Source: Nemertoderma westbladi (taxonomy: Eukaryota; Animalia; Xenacoelomorpha). From it: a stretch of DNA of 64,000 nucleotides. Location of the stretch: contig JAUCBJ010004465.1 in the NCBI GenBank assembly GCA_032718475.1, positions 12,864-76,863 on the forward strand, given 5' to 3'. The translations under genes and the position numbers were made by a program. Below, one piece after another: positions 13,101 to 25,600 of the stretch. Below the pieces are notes generated by a model. It was not told the origin of the DNA. It did not search any database and worked only from the letters and a program-made list of their open reading frames with translations. Positions within the stretch are counted from its first letter, which is position 1. Every line of letters starts with the position of its first letter.

Positions 13101-14644
13101 GGTGCGCACCACTGAGCAGGCGTTTGAAGGGCTTGAGATGATCCCAAAAGCCTGGATGGTCATCCAATACTCCACCGGTTTCTGGTTGAGGTCTCCTTCA
13201 GGCCACCACAGAAATCGTAGGCTATCTCGATCCCTATCCAGCGCCTTGACTTGTAAGAACATGCCTTCTATATCGGAGGCGAAAGCGATTGAATATTGTC
13301 GTAATCTTAAGAGTATTCCCAACAAGGATTGGAGTAAGTTGGGTCCTGGTAACAACTCGGAATTAAGGGATTGGCCCATGTAGAGGGCGGAGCCATCAAA
13401 TACTACTCGTACCTCATGGGGTTTCCCGGGTTTGGGAACGTAATGATGTGTTAAATAGTACGTTCTCTCAGTTAGGGGTTTTCCTTCCGGTACTCGCTCC
13501 GCATATCCCTTGTTAATAAATTTCTTCAACTGAGTCTGATACATTTCTTTAGCTGAAGCATTTGCCGTAAGGCGTCGATGTAGTTGAGCAATTCTTTTCT
13601 CCGCCAAGGGTCGGTTGTTTATGAATTTTGGTTCTCGCTTTCGGAATGGGAGACCGATTTCATATCTACCTTGATCTTTAAGAAAACGTGTAGTTGTCTC
13701 CTGGATCTGCTTGGCTCTTTCTTCTTCTACCGATAGGGCCTTATCGTAGGAATTGGGCTCTACAGCCTCTTGAGTAAAGAATCGTACGGCGTGTTCATCT
13801 CGAGTTTTCGCGTTATATCTCTCGATTACGTCATTCAGTTCGTCGTTATAGTCGACTTGTCCTGATGGACGAATGACTTGACATAGGTTCACTTGGTTTT
13901 GCCAAGTCTCGTTTTCCGTAAGGATATCGATGGTATTCTCCTCGTCGAAGAGCTGGTGTATATCGTCATTATCTGAGGAGTATGGTGTTCCCTCAGTTGG
14001 GTCGTCAACTTCACTGCTCTCCACTTCCCATTCACTTAATTGATATACCTGTTCTTTTGGTAATCTTTCCATGAGAGTTCTACGTGAAGGGCCAGTAAAG
14101 TACCAACCTACTCTAGTTCTTCCCGCATAGACTTGTAATGGTTGCGGTTGAGCAGGCCGTTTCTCTAATGTCTCAAGCGCTTCATGCGCATTTTGGCCGA
14201 TGAGTATTTGCACTCCGGGGTAATCTGTGTTGAATCTAGGTATATTAAGCTGCTGGGTGGAATCGTCCTCATCCCAGTTATAAGGTTCTACTTGGCTGGT
14301 AGCGAAGTTCTTTATCTCTACCATTTTTACTGACCTTATACTATGTTCTCCTAGTTCATCCTGGGGGGTGGACAACGCACCTACATAATAATCCGCTATT
14401 ACTGTAGATTTCCAAACCTGCATAATTCCTGACATGTTTAACTTAGTTCGGAACTTGGGTTGTCCAGCAAAGATGTCTTCGGCTAGTTCTTTGTCGATGG
14501 ATGTTCCTGTGCTACCGGAGTCAAGGAGGGCGTTCACTATATAACTCCTTTTAGGTCCGTGGACCCTCAACTGTACTACGGGAAATTCTCGGATTCCTAC
14601 ATTGGAAGTTGGTGCTTTCCAAGATGGTTGTCGGTCAGAAGTAG
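10152..14644 (-). pseudogene. Element B pol: protease, RT, Pao RNase H and integrase, with stops
   Basis: LLDSGS protease, YMDD RT, HMFGDASD/YWTD/NPADIASRG RNase H, and SDKGTNF/WERLIRSVK/LTPAHFL integrase motifs. Confidence 0.93.
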
Positions 14645-17600
14645 TTAGGAGAGCTCGCTGTCTGTGTCTTTTTCATACGTAAGTGCTCGATACACTGCGG
14701 TATTTATCAGGTAACAGGATTCGTTTTCATCGGAGAATTCGTCCGTATAGAATCCTTCCATCTCAGAACTTTGGTCTGTGTTGTTCACATCACTGAATTG
14801 GACATGTAGTTCGGAATCACTTACCTGACTCGGGCTGTTTCGTTCGAATTCAGTGTGCAACAAGAGATGATGTTTTGCGCCGCACTTCGCACACCTTGCG
14901 TCTGAGTAACAGGTTCGCCGTTGGTGTCCTTGTCTGAGGCAATTATAACACAACCGCTTATCCCACATGACTTCCCGTCTATCCTTTAATGATTTCTTTA
15001 GGAATTCATCACACACATTCAAACGGTGGGTCCCGTCACATAGCGCACATTTCGGTTTGATATTACTTACCTTATTTTGATTAACGTTGTGCACACTCGT
15101 TCTTTCTTCGGGCTTTCTTACCTGAATTCTCTTAGGAGACGTAAGAGGAGTTTTTCTTACCTGTTCTCTCCTGTCATTGGTTCGAGACTTTAATTTACTT
15201 ACGTCTTTAGGCGTTTTATTGACATAATAAGATCTTTCAGTGTCTTTCCCGCTGTCTTCTTCTTGAGAAGCCTGGCTTTCGCCGTCGTCGGTATAACACA
15301 CTGGTGTTACCTTTCTCCTAGAAACGGGTTTCTCACTTACCTTGTTTTCCGGTGTCTTCTCTCTGGACTGCTTTAGGAGCTGTAATTTCACTTCTCCATC
15401 TAAGAATGACATGAGATCAGCCATGGTAGGGTCTCGTCGTTGTTGTTCCATCATATATAACACTTTCTTATACAGCTCCAATAACCATAGAACTCTGATA
15501 TTCATGAGACTTACCTAGCCAATCTAATTGTCTACAGATCTCTTGAATCTCATCGGAAAACTCTATAATCCCGCTGCTAATGAACTTTCTGGGGGCTACC
15601 AATTTTGCATACAAATACCTAGCTATGTTATTCCTATTACCATACCTGATGTTTAGTGTATCCCAAACTTGTCTTAATCCATCTGGATGTCCAATAAACT
15701 TTAACGCCATTAACTTGGGAGATCCTTCCAAGCACTCAATGAGGAATCTAAGTTTCTCTCCGTTAGATAGCACAGAGTTCTGTATGTTATCTTTGTAATA
15801 TTCATTAAAAGGTAACCATTTCATCTCATCTCCATTGAACTTGACGATCTCTCCCACCTTTACCGCTTGACGGGCTTCGGTTCTAGCCATTTGACGCGTA
15901 AAACTTTCTTGGGCCATCGTGTTATTTAATATCGAGTTATCGGTATATAAATTTCTTGGATTATTATCAAGTCTATATGGAATATCATTGTCAACAGGTT
16001 TATAATTACCCTTAATAGGGTTTACTATAGGAGTTTCCACTTCACTAGCAGTATAGATGCATGTAGGCTCCACACCTTGCGCATGAAATACTTCAGACCT
16101 AACAGGTTGACACATTGTTACAGGGGGTGGAGGTATACCCTTTTGTGTATTTACTAATTTATCGCGTTCTAATGCGATACTCTGCTGCACTTCTTGCAAC
16201 TCTAACCTACTTTCCCTTACTGTTCCTTTAAACTGATGAACAGTCTCCTGCATCTGCCCGAGCAGGAGATTCATCCCCCGCCGCCCCTCATCCACCCACT
16301 CGACCGCCGAAGCGGGAGCCACCAACGTAGTAGCGGGTAGACGAGGGACAACGGGCGACAAATCATTGATCTTTTGCTCGGAGTCCAGGACAGGAACTGT
16401 CTCAGGGGTTGTTTTGTGGGGCACAGGTAGTTTAGTGCTGTGTAAAGGGAATTTAGAGGTAGGTTCTGGGAGTACAGGTGTCTCTATCACCGAAAGGGTG
16501 GCTTCGAGAACAGGCCTAATTATTTCAGGCTCATCTACTATAGTAGGGAGTCTTTCTATTTTAATTATTTGGTCTGTGGGTTCTATACTACCTAAGTCTG
16601 TGTTAGTTAGTTGCCTTCTAACAGCTGGGGGCAAATCAGGCAATTTCTGACGGTGGGACATTCTTCTACGCCTACTTAGACGAGATCTATTTCCTCCGCC
16701 TTCAGGATCGGTGGTATCGCCTTCATCAGATGATGTAAATCCCTGCCTTTTGGGAGTAGATCGACTCATCATCTGCATTTGACTAGCTGTTAACTGTTTA
16801 TTTATGCAGTCTTGATTCTCTTGAATATTTTCCAACTCTAGTTGGGTGGTCTCTTCAGATGCTCTTCGTTCTGCTTCTGCCACTGCTATCTTTCTTTCCG
16901 CTTCTGCCGCTGCTGCTTTTGCCTCTGCCGCTGCCTCTGCCGCCTTTCTTTCCGCTTCTGCCACTGCCATTGCCGCTGCTGCTGTCTTTCTGTCTTCTAT
17001 ACGTTTTTTCTTGACTTGTTCTTCTTGGACCCTAGCGATGCGGAGCCTTTCATCAAATTTAGCTTGGTTCGCAGCTATCATATCCGCATTGATTGCATCT
17101 AACACAAGCTTGGCTCCTTCACTATTAGGGCTAAGTCCAGACAGCCGTCTCCTCAACTCTTCGTCACCTACAAATCGTTGATAGTCTGACAGATAGATGT
17201 CAATAGCATCCCTCTTATGCGGTTTCTCAGCTGTCGCCTCACTTTCCACTTGGGAAAAGGTAGCGTCTGTTGATTCTCCATGGGTTGAGCGCTCAGCCAG
17301 CCGAACTTTCCACTGGGCCGTTCCTTGAACCTGGAGACTCACCCGCTGGAACCAAGTCTTTACAGCAACTTGCAACGACGTGTCTTGTCTTCTTTTCGAA
17401 GCTTCCTCAAAGGCCGATAGGATTAGTCTGATTCTTAGAATTCTTTCTCGAACTTGATAAAGCAGCTCTCCCTGCTCTTGGGGTCCTTGGGGTTGTCGAA
17501 ACAGTTGTTCTTCTAATCGCTCCAAAGAGCTAAAGAATCCCTGTACGTATCCTGCTGCTGACCTCTTCCATACAGCTGGATCACTGGTGTCTTTTGTTAC

Positions 17601-18161
17601 TCCCATCCTGTGTATGTCTTCCCAGGCAGCTTCCGATAAGTCAAACGGGAGTCCGGGTCTGGCGAAGTTCCATTGCGACTCGACAATAGACTTCAGTTCT
17701 TCCCTTGTATATCCCGCATAACTATCCTTGGTCGATCGCTTACTTCTCGCCCAATCAATCTGGTGTTCCTCCACCGCAATCAATACCCTAGTGAGTACGG
17801 CTGCAGGAAGGATGAGAAGGGGATCCGAATAAACCGCATCTGCCATCTTTGCTCCGCGCTCGGGTGTCAGCTCTACAGTATCCGCACTACTGGAGCTGTC
17901 GGGCCGCTGAGAAATAAGTTCTCGGCTCGAGTGTTGCTGCTGTTCTGCTGCTTCTTGGTCCCGCTTGACCTGAGCTCGAGTGCCTATGATAGACCTATGG
18001 TGTTGGACCAGCCTAGGGTCTGATACTACTACTGGAGGGATGATTTTTCTTACAGTAGGAGGTGAATTGAACTTCGGTCTCACACGTTCCACACTCCTGT
18101 CTGGGTCACAGATGGTTGTATCTAGGAGACTGTCTGACAGGTTTTGCTTTGTGTCAGACAT
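14645..18161 (-). pseudogene. Element B gag (897-aa ORF plus frameshifted zinc-knuckle part)
   Basis: Pao gag core (KFNGDEMKWLPF...EKLRFLIECLEG) and three Cys/His knuckles: CALCDGTHRLNVC, CYNCLRQGHQRRTC, CAKCGAKHHLLLH. Confidence 0.9.
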
Positions 18162-18294
18162 GTTTGTTTGTACAGTTGAATGCCTACTGCTATATTACAG
18201 TTAAAGCAAGTCTAGTAATTCAGTATCAACTGTTAGCCTAGTAATTAATTACCGATACTGTTACTCAGTGTAACGTGATATATATATATAATAT

Positions 18295-18675
18295 ATTAGA
18301 ATACCGGTATACACTTATAGTATATATATAAGTATTATTACAGACTAGGTTTGTCACAGAATACCGGTATGTAATTTCAGCGCAAATATATAGCAATATA
18401 TAATAAGCCTATCGTGAATACCAGTATACAGCTTACACTTATATTATATATAAGTATAATTATTACAGACTAGGTTTGTCACAGAATACTGGTATATAAT
18501 TTCAGCACAAATATATAAATATAGAATAGGCCTATCGTGAATACCGGTATACAGCTTACACTTATAGTATATATTAGTATAATTATGGACTAGAATTAAT
18601 TACAGAATACCGGTATAATTTCAGCCTAAATTTGTAGAAATAAATATAATAAGCCTATTGTAAATACCGGTATGT
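18295..18675. repeat. Degenerate tandem repeats (GAATACCGGTAT core, about 60/120-bp period) in the element B leader
   Basis: Recurring AATACCGGTAT and GACTAGGTTTGTCACAG motifs. Confidence 0.75.
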
Positions 18676-19627
18676 CAATTATTTTAGAATAATTGAATTT
18701 CTGACTTTTAGGGGTTACTTGGTTACTTTACTTTACTTGATTACCGTTATTTAAGCAGTAGTCCAACTGATATTTAGACCTAATTGATGTATGACAGGCC
18801 TACTATTTTATAAATCGGTTTGAGTTGATTTATAATATATATATACCCGTATAATGGGTTTTGTCAATATTTGAAATAAATGTTATTATTTCTGGGAAGG
18901 AGTCACTGCACAGAAGCTGTACGCTCTCAGTGAAGTGCTACTTGTTGGACACTAAAACAAATAATTCTAATTTACCTAAGTTACTTAATACTACAAATTA
19001 CGTACAATTCGGGATGAGATTACAATCTCTAAATAAACACAAAAATTACACGTACGAATTTTTAGGGTAATTTTACAAGAATTCTACAAACCAGCCTAAC
19101 AAAGGGTTAGAATATCTGGTTATTACAAACAGACAGGATACTACGGTATTTGAAAATAACAAAGCAGTAGTAAATATACTGCGTTGTCCAGATAGGAAAA
19201 ATACCACCGTCTGACGACTTATAGCCGTAACGCTATAAGTACTACGTTATGTATCACGGAGTGTTCCTACCTAGAAGTTAATTACCGCGGTCTACCAGAA
19301 CCAATGTGCCTATTAACCACTTTACAACACAAATATACTGCCTACACGCTAATTACCTTCGGAAAGCACTGTACACTAAACCCTAAATTAGGTACAAGTA
19401 CTTATACAATAAATAATCAGCAGTTAGAAATACTTGTACAGCTAAAAGAACCACAGTATCTGCTGGAGTGACTGGGGCACAAAATCACCAGTCTTTACCT
19501 ACACCAAGCAGCCCTGATGTAGTAGCGGGGTTAATTTAACTATAACGGTATGTACAACAAGCACAATTACTGTAGGAATAAACTTGGGGATATGAATGTT
19601 GCGAATAATCGCATAAACTCTGAATAA

Positions 19628-20202
19628 TAAATATTACGCTACGCGTACAGACTACTCAAACAAAATACAGACCAAACACTGGCAGACTACTATCAAGCCT
19701 AAACAAACTACAGTATATGCAGACTCCGAAATGGTTAGTTAGTATGCGTTCTAACCGAGTAGTACGACTTATTCTTTCAGGGGGATTTACCTCACAGCAC
19801 TGGAAGCCCCTACGTTCCTAACTAGTACTTTATTGGACATACACTCTACACACACCGCACTCTCTTCAGACCTAACAACAGCCAGACAACAATCCAGCCT
19901 ACAAATTATCTAAATAAGAAATATTACGCTACCCGTACAGACTACACAAACAAAAATACAGACCAAACACTGGCAGACTACTATCAAGCCTAAACAAACT
20001 ACAGTATATGCAGACTCCGAAATGGTTAGTTAGTATGCATTCTAACCGAGTAGTACGACTTATTCTTTCGAGGGGATTTACCTCACAGCACTGGAAGCCC
20101 CTACGTTCCTAACTAGTACTTTATCGGACATACACTCTACACACACCGCAATCTCTTCAGACTTAACAACAGTCAGACAACAGTCCAGCCTACAAATTAT
20201 CT
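19628..20202. repeat. Tandem duplication of about 290 bp in the element B leader
   Basis: 19631 and 19921 both begin ATATTACGCTAC and align through to CCTACAAATTATCT. Confidence 0.9.
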
Positions 20203-20552
20203 GTACAATCTGAGCAGGCTTACACGCCTTCTGCTCAATATTGGCCTACAAATAAATAAAACTGACAGAAATAAGTAAAATCCCAATAAAAAACCAGGGC
20301 GGGCCCACCCTGATTAAATATTAAGGCCTACCGGTATATAATTATCAAATCGAATAATACTACTGTACCTGTACTGCTGTAAGTACCGGTCCGGGTGGTT
20401 AGGAAGTCAGGCCTACTAGGTACCGGTTGACCGGTACTTCAGCTTTATTGCCTACGTTGCAATACAGAAGCAATAACTGTTATTGTTCTTACCAGAACAA
20501 TATTAAACTGTATTTATTGCCTACACTGCAATCAGAAGATTATAACTGTTAT

Positions 20553-20775
20553 TGTTCGCGCTTTCAGACCTTTAGCAGTTTAACCTGCCAAATTTGGATG
20601 TCTTCTAGATTATAAATCGACTTTAGCCTATGACGAGTATTTGATACACTACATTAGCCGAAGCCAGTCTATGCGCGACCATTCACCCACTGGATATACC
20701 CGGGAGACTGGATTCGGAAGCTTTGACCTTATTGCGGTGTAGGCCTACTGTATTATTCGACTGATTGTTAATATC
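20553..20775 (-). repeat. Extra 223-bp copy of the element B LTR U5 end
   Basis: Matches 5713-5935 with one visible mismatch. Confidence 0.92.
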
Positions 20776-20936
20776 AACAACATCCGACAACGACGGCGGC
20801 CTATGAGCTAAGTAGCAAAGGTGAACGGACACTAACACTACTACAGTAGGCCTGCTACACTCTACTGTTGTACTGATACTAGCTAATAAATGGGTTGCTA
20901 AGCAACCTTGAAGATGGTTGCTAAGCAATCGAATCT

Positions 20937-21362
20937 CATGCCAACTACACACACATGCCAAATACACATATGCCAACTACACACACATGCCAACTACACA
21001 CACATGCCAACTACACACACGTGCCAACTACACACATATGCCAACTACACATGCCAACTACACACACATGCCAACTACACACACATGCCAACTACACACA
21101 CGTGCCAACTACACACATATGCCAACTACACATGCCAACTACACACACATGCCAACTACACACATGCCAACAACACACGTGCCAACTACACACACATGCC
21201 AACTACACACACATGCCAACTACACACACATGCCAACTACACACACGTGCCAACTACACACACATGCCAACTACACATGCCAACTACACACACATGCCAA
21301 CTACACACATATGCCAACTACACACACGTGCCAACTACACACATGTGCCAACTACACACACA
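20937..21362 (+). repeat. Minisatellite TGCCAACTA(CA)n, about 15-19-bp units
   Basis: Directly visible. Confidence 0.95.
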
Positions 21363-21425
21363 TAAAAAATCAGATTTTATGTGTAAAGTTGACTGGCACT
21401 TGTGGGCTTCCGTAAGTATCTGAGG

Positions 21426-22598
21426 TGTTTGCGCTTTTAAGACCTTTGACAGTTTAACCTGCCAAATTAGGATGTCTTTTAGATGATAGATAGTCTTTAG
21501 CCTATGACGAGTATTTGATACACTACATTAGCCGAAGCCAGTCTATGCGCAATCATTCACCCGCTGGATATACCCGGGAGACTGAATTCGGAAGCTTAAT
21601 GATTGATGGTGTAAGCCTACTGTATTATTCGACTGATCGCAATATATAATCTCTGACAAATATTATTCACTTTCGGGAAATATTAACAGTTCCTTTAGGA
21701 TGTGGCGCTCTAAATATGTAAACAGAGTTATGACTTACACTAGACACAATGGGATGGCTATTGGTTCACGTATAAAGCGCATTCTTTAGGAGATGCTTTG
21801 TTATCAGTCACAATCATGCACACTACCGCACAATGCTGCACACCGATCTGCCGACCTTCACTAATTTTAGTCACATATAAAGAGAACAGCAATCGACTCA
21901 TGTAGTGCCTATGAAATAGCATTAGATTCACTCCAAAACCACTTTAATGTAAGTCGCAATTGTTATATGTAACCGGTCTCTTACCTTCAGTATATCAAGA
22001 AGATTGGGGGTTTTATAATTATTTATCGGTATTATCCAAATATAATAATATTCCATCAACTGATATAATTAATAACCGATAGTAAATAGCAGTAAAAATG
22101 CAGTGTTTGTAGTTGACAATATGATTTGACACACTGACTTGTGATTAGATAACAGTTATACGTTTCTATGACCAAAGCCTACTAATGTTTGGCTAAAGCC
22201 TGAAACACAGAAACTCCAAAGCCGGTCTTCTGGCTGTGGACAAAATACACATACTGACTGCATTGCATGAGTTTCTGTATACAATCTCCAACACAGAGTC
22301 AAAAAACGCTCTGATTTGTCGACCGAACAAAGAACGAACAAAGAACAAAGAAAAAGTTACACGTGTACATATCAGCTGTTAGATGTCGTCATGGTAACTA
22401 CACTGTATCAAGAGGATTTTGGCTTATTGCGACATAAGATCGCTAGTTATGTCCGCTAAAGTACACATACAGAAGAAATGGCTTTTTATGTCCACTAAAA
22501 CACCGGTACAGTAAGGAAACGGCTTTTTATGTCCGTTAAAACACCTACAGAGTACTTTGCGGGGAAAATAACTAGCTAGATCCGCAAAAGCCTTTACA
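21426..22598 (-). repeat. 5' LTR of element B; the first 230 bp or so are diverged
   Basis: Aligns with 5713-6887. Confidence 0.9.
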
Positions 22599-22603
22599 CA
22601 AAC

Positions 22604-25600
22604 TTTCATTCCAGGAAATAATATTTTGTCCGATAATAGTAATTTAAATCCGAGTATCCCTAATTTAAACGCACATAATAATCCAAATAATTCAAATAAT
22701 AACCTAAACCCAAATATAGAAAATATTTAAAATATGCAAAGTAATTCGAATAATTTAAATTTAAATACGCAAAATAATTAAAATAATAATTTTAATTCAA
22801 ACGAGCAAAATATTCCCGATTCCAATCAAAATATACAAAATAATTTAAATAACAATCCGAATTCAGAACATAATTCAAATAAATTAAATAATTTAGAAAA
22901 CAATCTTGATAATGGTGCTATTAATATAAACGCGGCAGATATAGGTGGTCCGGCCAGCGAGAGCCTGCAAGGCCACATAATTAGTACGCAGGGGGTAGCG
23001 GGGGTAAGAGACCCCGACGGGAACCTGGAAGGCCACGTAGTTAATACGCAGGGAGTAGCGGGGGTGAGTCAACCCGACGGGAGCCTGCCAGGCCACGCAG
23101 TGATAGAGGGAGAGGCGGAGGTGAATAGACCCAGCCGCAGTAGAGATAGTGCGTCGACCAGAGAGGGGCGTAGAGGCGAAGCGAGAAATAGTGAAGTGAT
23201 AGGTGGCGAGTGGGGGGGGGGGGCTACAGGAGCCCCACAACGAGAGATTAGCGGCGAGAGGGGGGGGGGGGGGGGGGGGCAGAGAGTGTCCCACAGGCAT
23301 CGGCGGATAATCCCTTGGCGAATTAGGTGGACTGCAGCACCCGGCGACGGAGAATAGTAGGGGGATTACGAATATCCCCAGCGGCGTGCAACCGGGTAGA
23401 GAGAGGGGGGTTGGCTTCGCGAGCGGGCGAGCGACGAGACGTCGAGCCCAGTCAGAAGAGGGAAGAAGAACAGTGGAGTTTAACCGGGAGGTCGAACGAG
23501 AGATCTCATGAGCGGGGATGCTACACTGAAGAGAGAAGAAGAGAAGAGAAAAGAAGAAGCGTCGCTACGAGCGACCGGAGAGCGAGGACAGATAGCGAGC
23601 CGTCGGTAGTAGAGATGGAGTTGGAGAGTCAGTGGGCTCGAACTACGGGAGATTGCCATCGCCCCGGAGAGATGCAGCCTGGCGAGGCATATTATACACC
23701 GAGAGAGGGGTACAGGACGTACCGGCACGAGGACAAGAACAGGAGAGGGGATCGAAGAGAAACTTCCCGATGGGATATAGCTGCCGATCGAGGGTACGGC
23801 AGTCGCGGGGAGGACTTCTTGGATTATTCAAGAAGATTAAACTTCGGACCGGAGGGACACATACAGACTGCAGGACATACTGTAGGCCTTACTGCACATA
23901 CTATAGGCCATGTTGGGAGAGATAGTGTAGGCGATAGGGTAGCGCGGACAACGGGATTAAACCCGGAAGTCGCGGAGTATATACCGGTAGGTAGGCCAGA
24001 AGTGGATAGGCCTATACCGGTACCAGCACAGCAGTATGACTATAACATGCAGGGACATAACATATATCCAGGGGAAGGGAGAGTTATTGCGGATAGGTGT
24101 ATGGGCCCCAATATATTAATATCAACCCCAGTACCAAACATACCACCGGTGGGGGGGGGGGGGGGAGACAGGGTGACATTCCCCCATTACAATATCAACA
24201 ATACACTCAAACAGAAATAAGAACATCGAACCCCCTGGACGAGAACAGGTCTTGTGACACGGAAATATGGAGGGGGCCATTACCCCCAATGGTATATCCG
24301 ACGAAACGGAAGGCAACAGGCCGGACGGCAGGACCGCACCCAACGGGAGAATCTGTACAGCATCCTTCGAACCCATTGGAAGCACAGGCGATCGGAATGG
24401 CTACACTAATCGATGCACTCAAGACCAGAATCGAGCTATCACCCATAGAGCCATTTAAATTCGACGGAAGTAGGCCAGAAGAATACCTGCAATTTCGGCG
24501 CATGTACAGCAAAGAGATATTAACTAAGAACCTGACGCAGGCGGAGTGCCTAAAATATCTACAGGTATATACAGGAGGCCTAGCGTACGACATCGTGAGG
24601 CAGTATCAGGGCATCGAGGGTGGCTTCACGACTGCATGGCGGGCCCTAGACAGGGAATACGGGCATCCGGCCAAGATCATCCGGCAAACCCTGAGGGGTA
24701 TAACATCGGGTGGCCTACAGGATAACCCCGTTAGCATAAAGACGTTTGCGAACAAAGTCGAGAAGGCGTTAATCGTGCTGAAAACATTAGACGCGCCATA
24801 CGAACTTAACCCATCTAATAATATCACCACGATAGCGCAGGCACTGCCGATCTGGCTGTCCAATAAATGGAGAAAGATCGCCTTCTCCACCCAGGAGAAG
24901 AAGGGTGCTGAACCGGGCCTAGAGGAAATGTCGAACTTCCTCAACTACAAAGCCGAATTGATCACGGACCCAGTCTTTAGCGAGGATAGTCTGGGGAAAG
25001 GGCCAAAGACCGAATATAACAGGCCGAAACCAGAACACAACACGGCAAACACATTGCCAAAGCTTAGACAATCGCTGCCATACGCGGCGACGCAGGGGAC
25101 TGCTAGTCCACATGTAGCCGGGGGTAGGGTCACACCATGGAGCGGACAGGGGAAAAATAACAACACAAACAAACATAACCCCAACACGCCCAGTAGGCCG
25201 AACCCAAACAATAAGAACAGTAGGGATCTAGGTACGAACGTAAGTGCGATACGCAGCACACTGTATAGGGACGGCTATAATCCAAACAACAAATGCAAAT
25301 TGCATACGAACGCACTTCATCAGACCAGGAACTGCAGATATTGGCAAGCGTTGCCCAAACAAGATCAGGTAGAATATGCAAGGAAGAGTGGAATCTGTCA
25401 TCGATGTGTGGCGGGCGGACACAGAGCTGATCAATGTAAAGAAACACCAATTAAGTTTGGTCAAGGGAAAGGGCAGACAATGGCGACAAGCACCGTAGGG
25501 GCGAAGAGAAGAGGAACGGTACCACTCGGGGTGGTACCAGTGAGGATGGTCGGAGAAGGCGGTCGATCAGTAACTACTCTGATGCTGGTCGACAGTGGAG

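Larger units (their letters stand above)
5713..22598 (-). mobile_element. BEL/Pao LTR retrotransposon B nested in element A
   Basis: LTRs at 5713-6887 and 21426-22598 (TG...CA). TSD CAAAC at 5708-5712 and 22599-22603. The empty site is collinear in element C (about 61090-61115). Pao gag-pol on the minus strand. Confidence 0.95.

Noticed and set aside
12727-13383. Antisense ORFs over pol and gag regions
   Set aside because: Shadow frames of the retrotransposon coding strand with no recognisable motifs.
15468-15505. Programmed frameshift in element B gag
   Set aside because: BEL/Pao gag-pol is usually a single ORF and this copy has several other lesions, so decay is more likely.
20908-21423. 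His/Cys/Thr-rich ORFs in three frames
   Set aside because: They are translations of a CA-rich minisatellite.
23212-24165. Long poly-G runs as programmed frameshift or G-quadruplex signals
   Set aside because: Run lengths differ between homologous copies, including the two A LTRs, which fits slippage or sequencing error.
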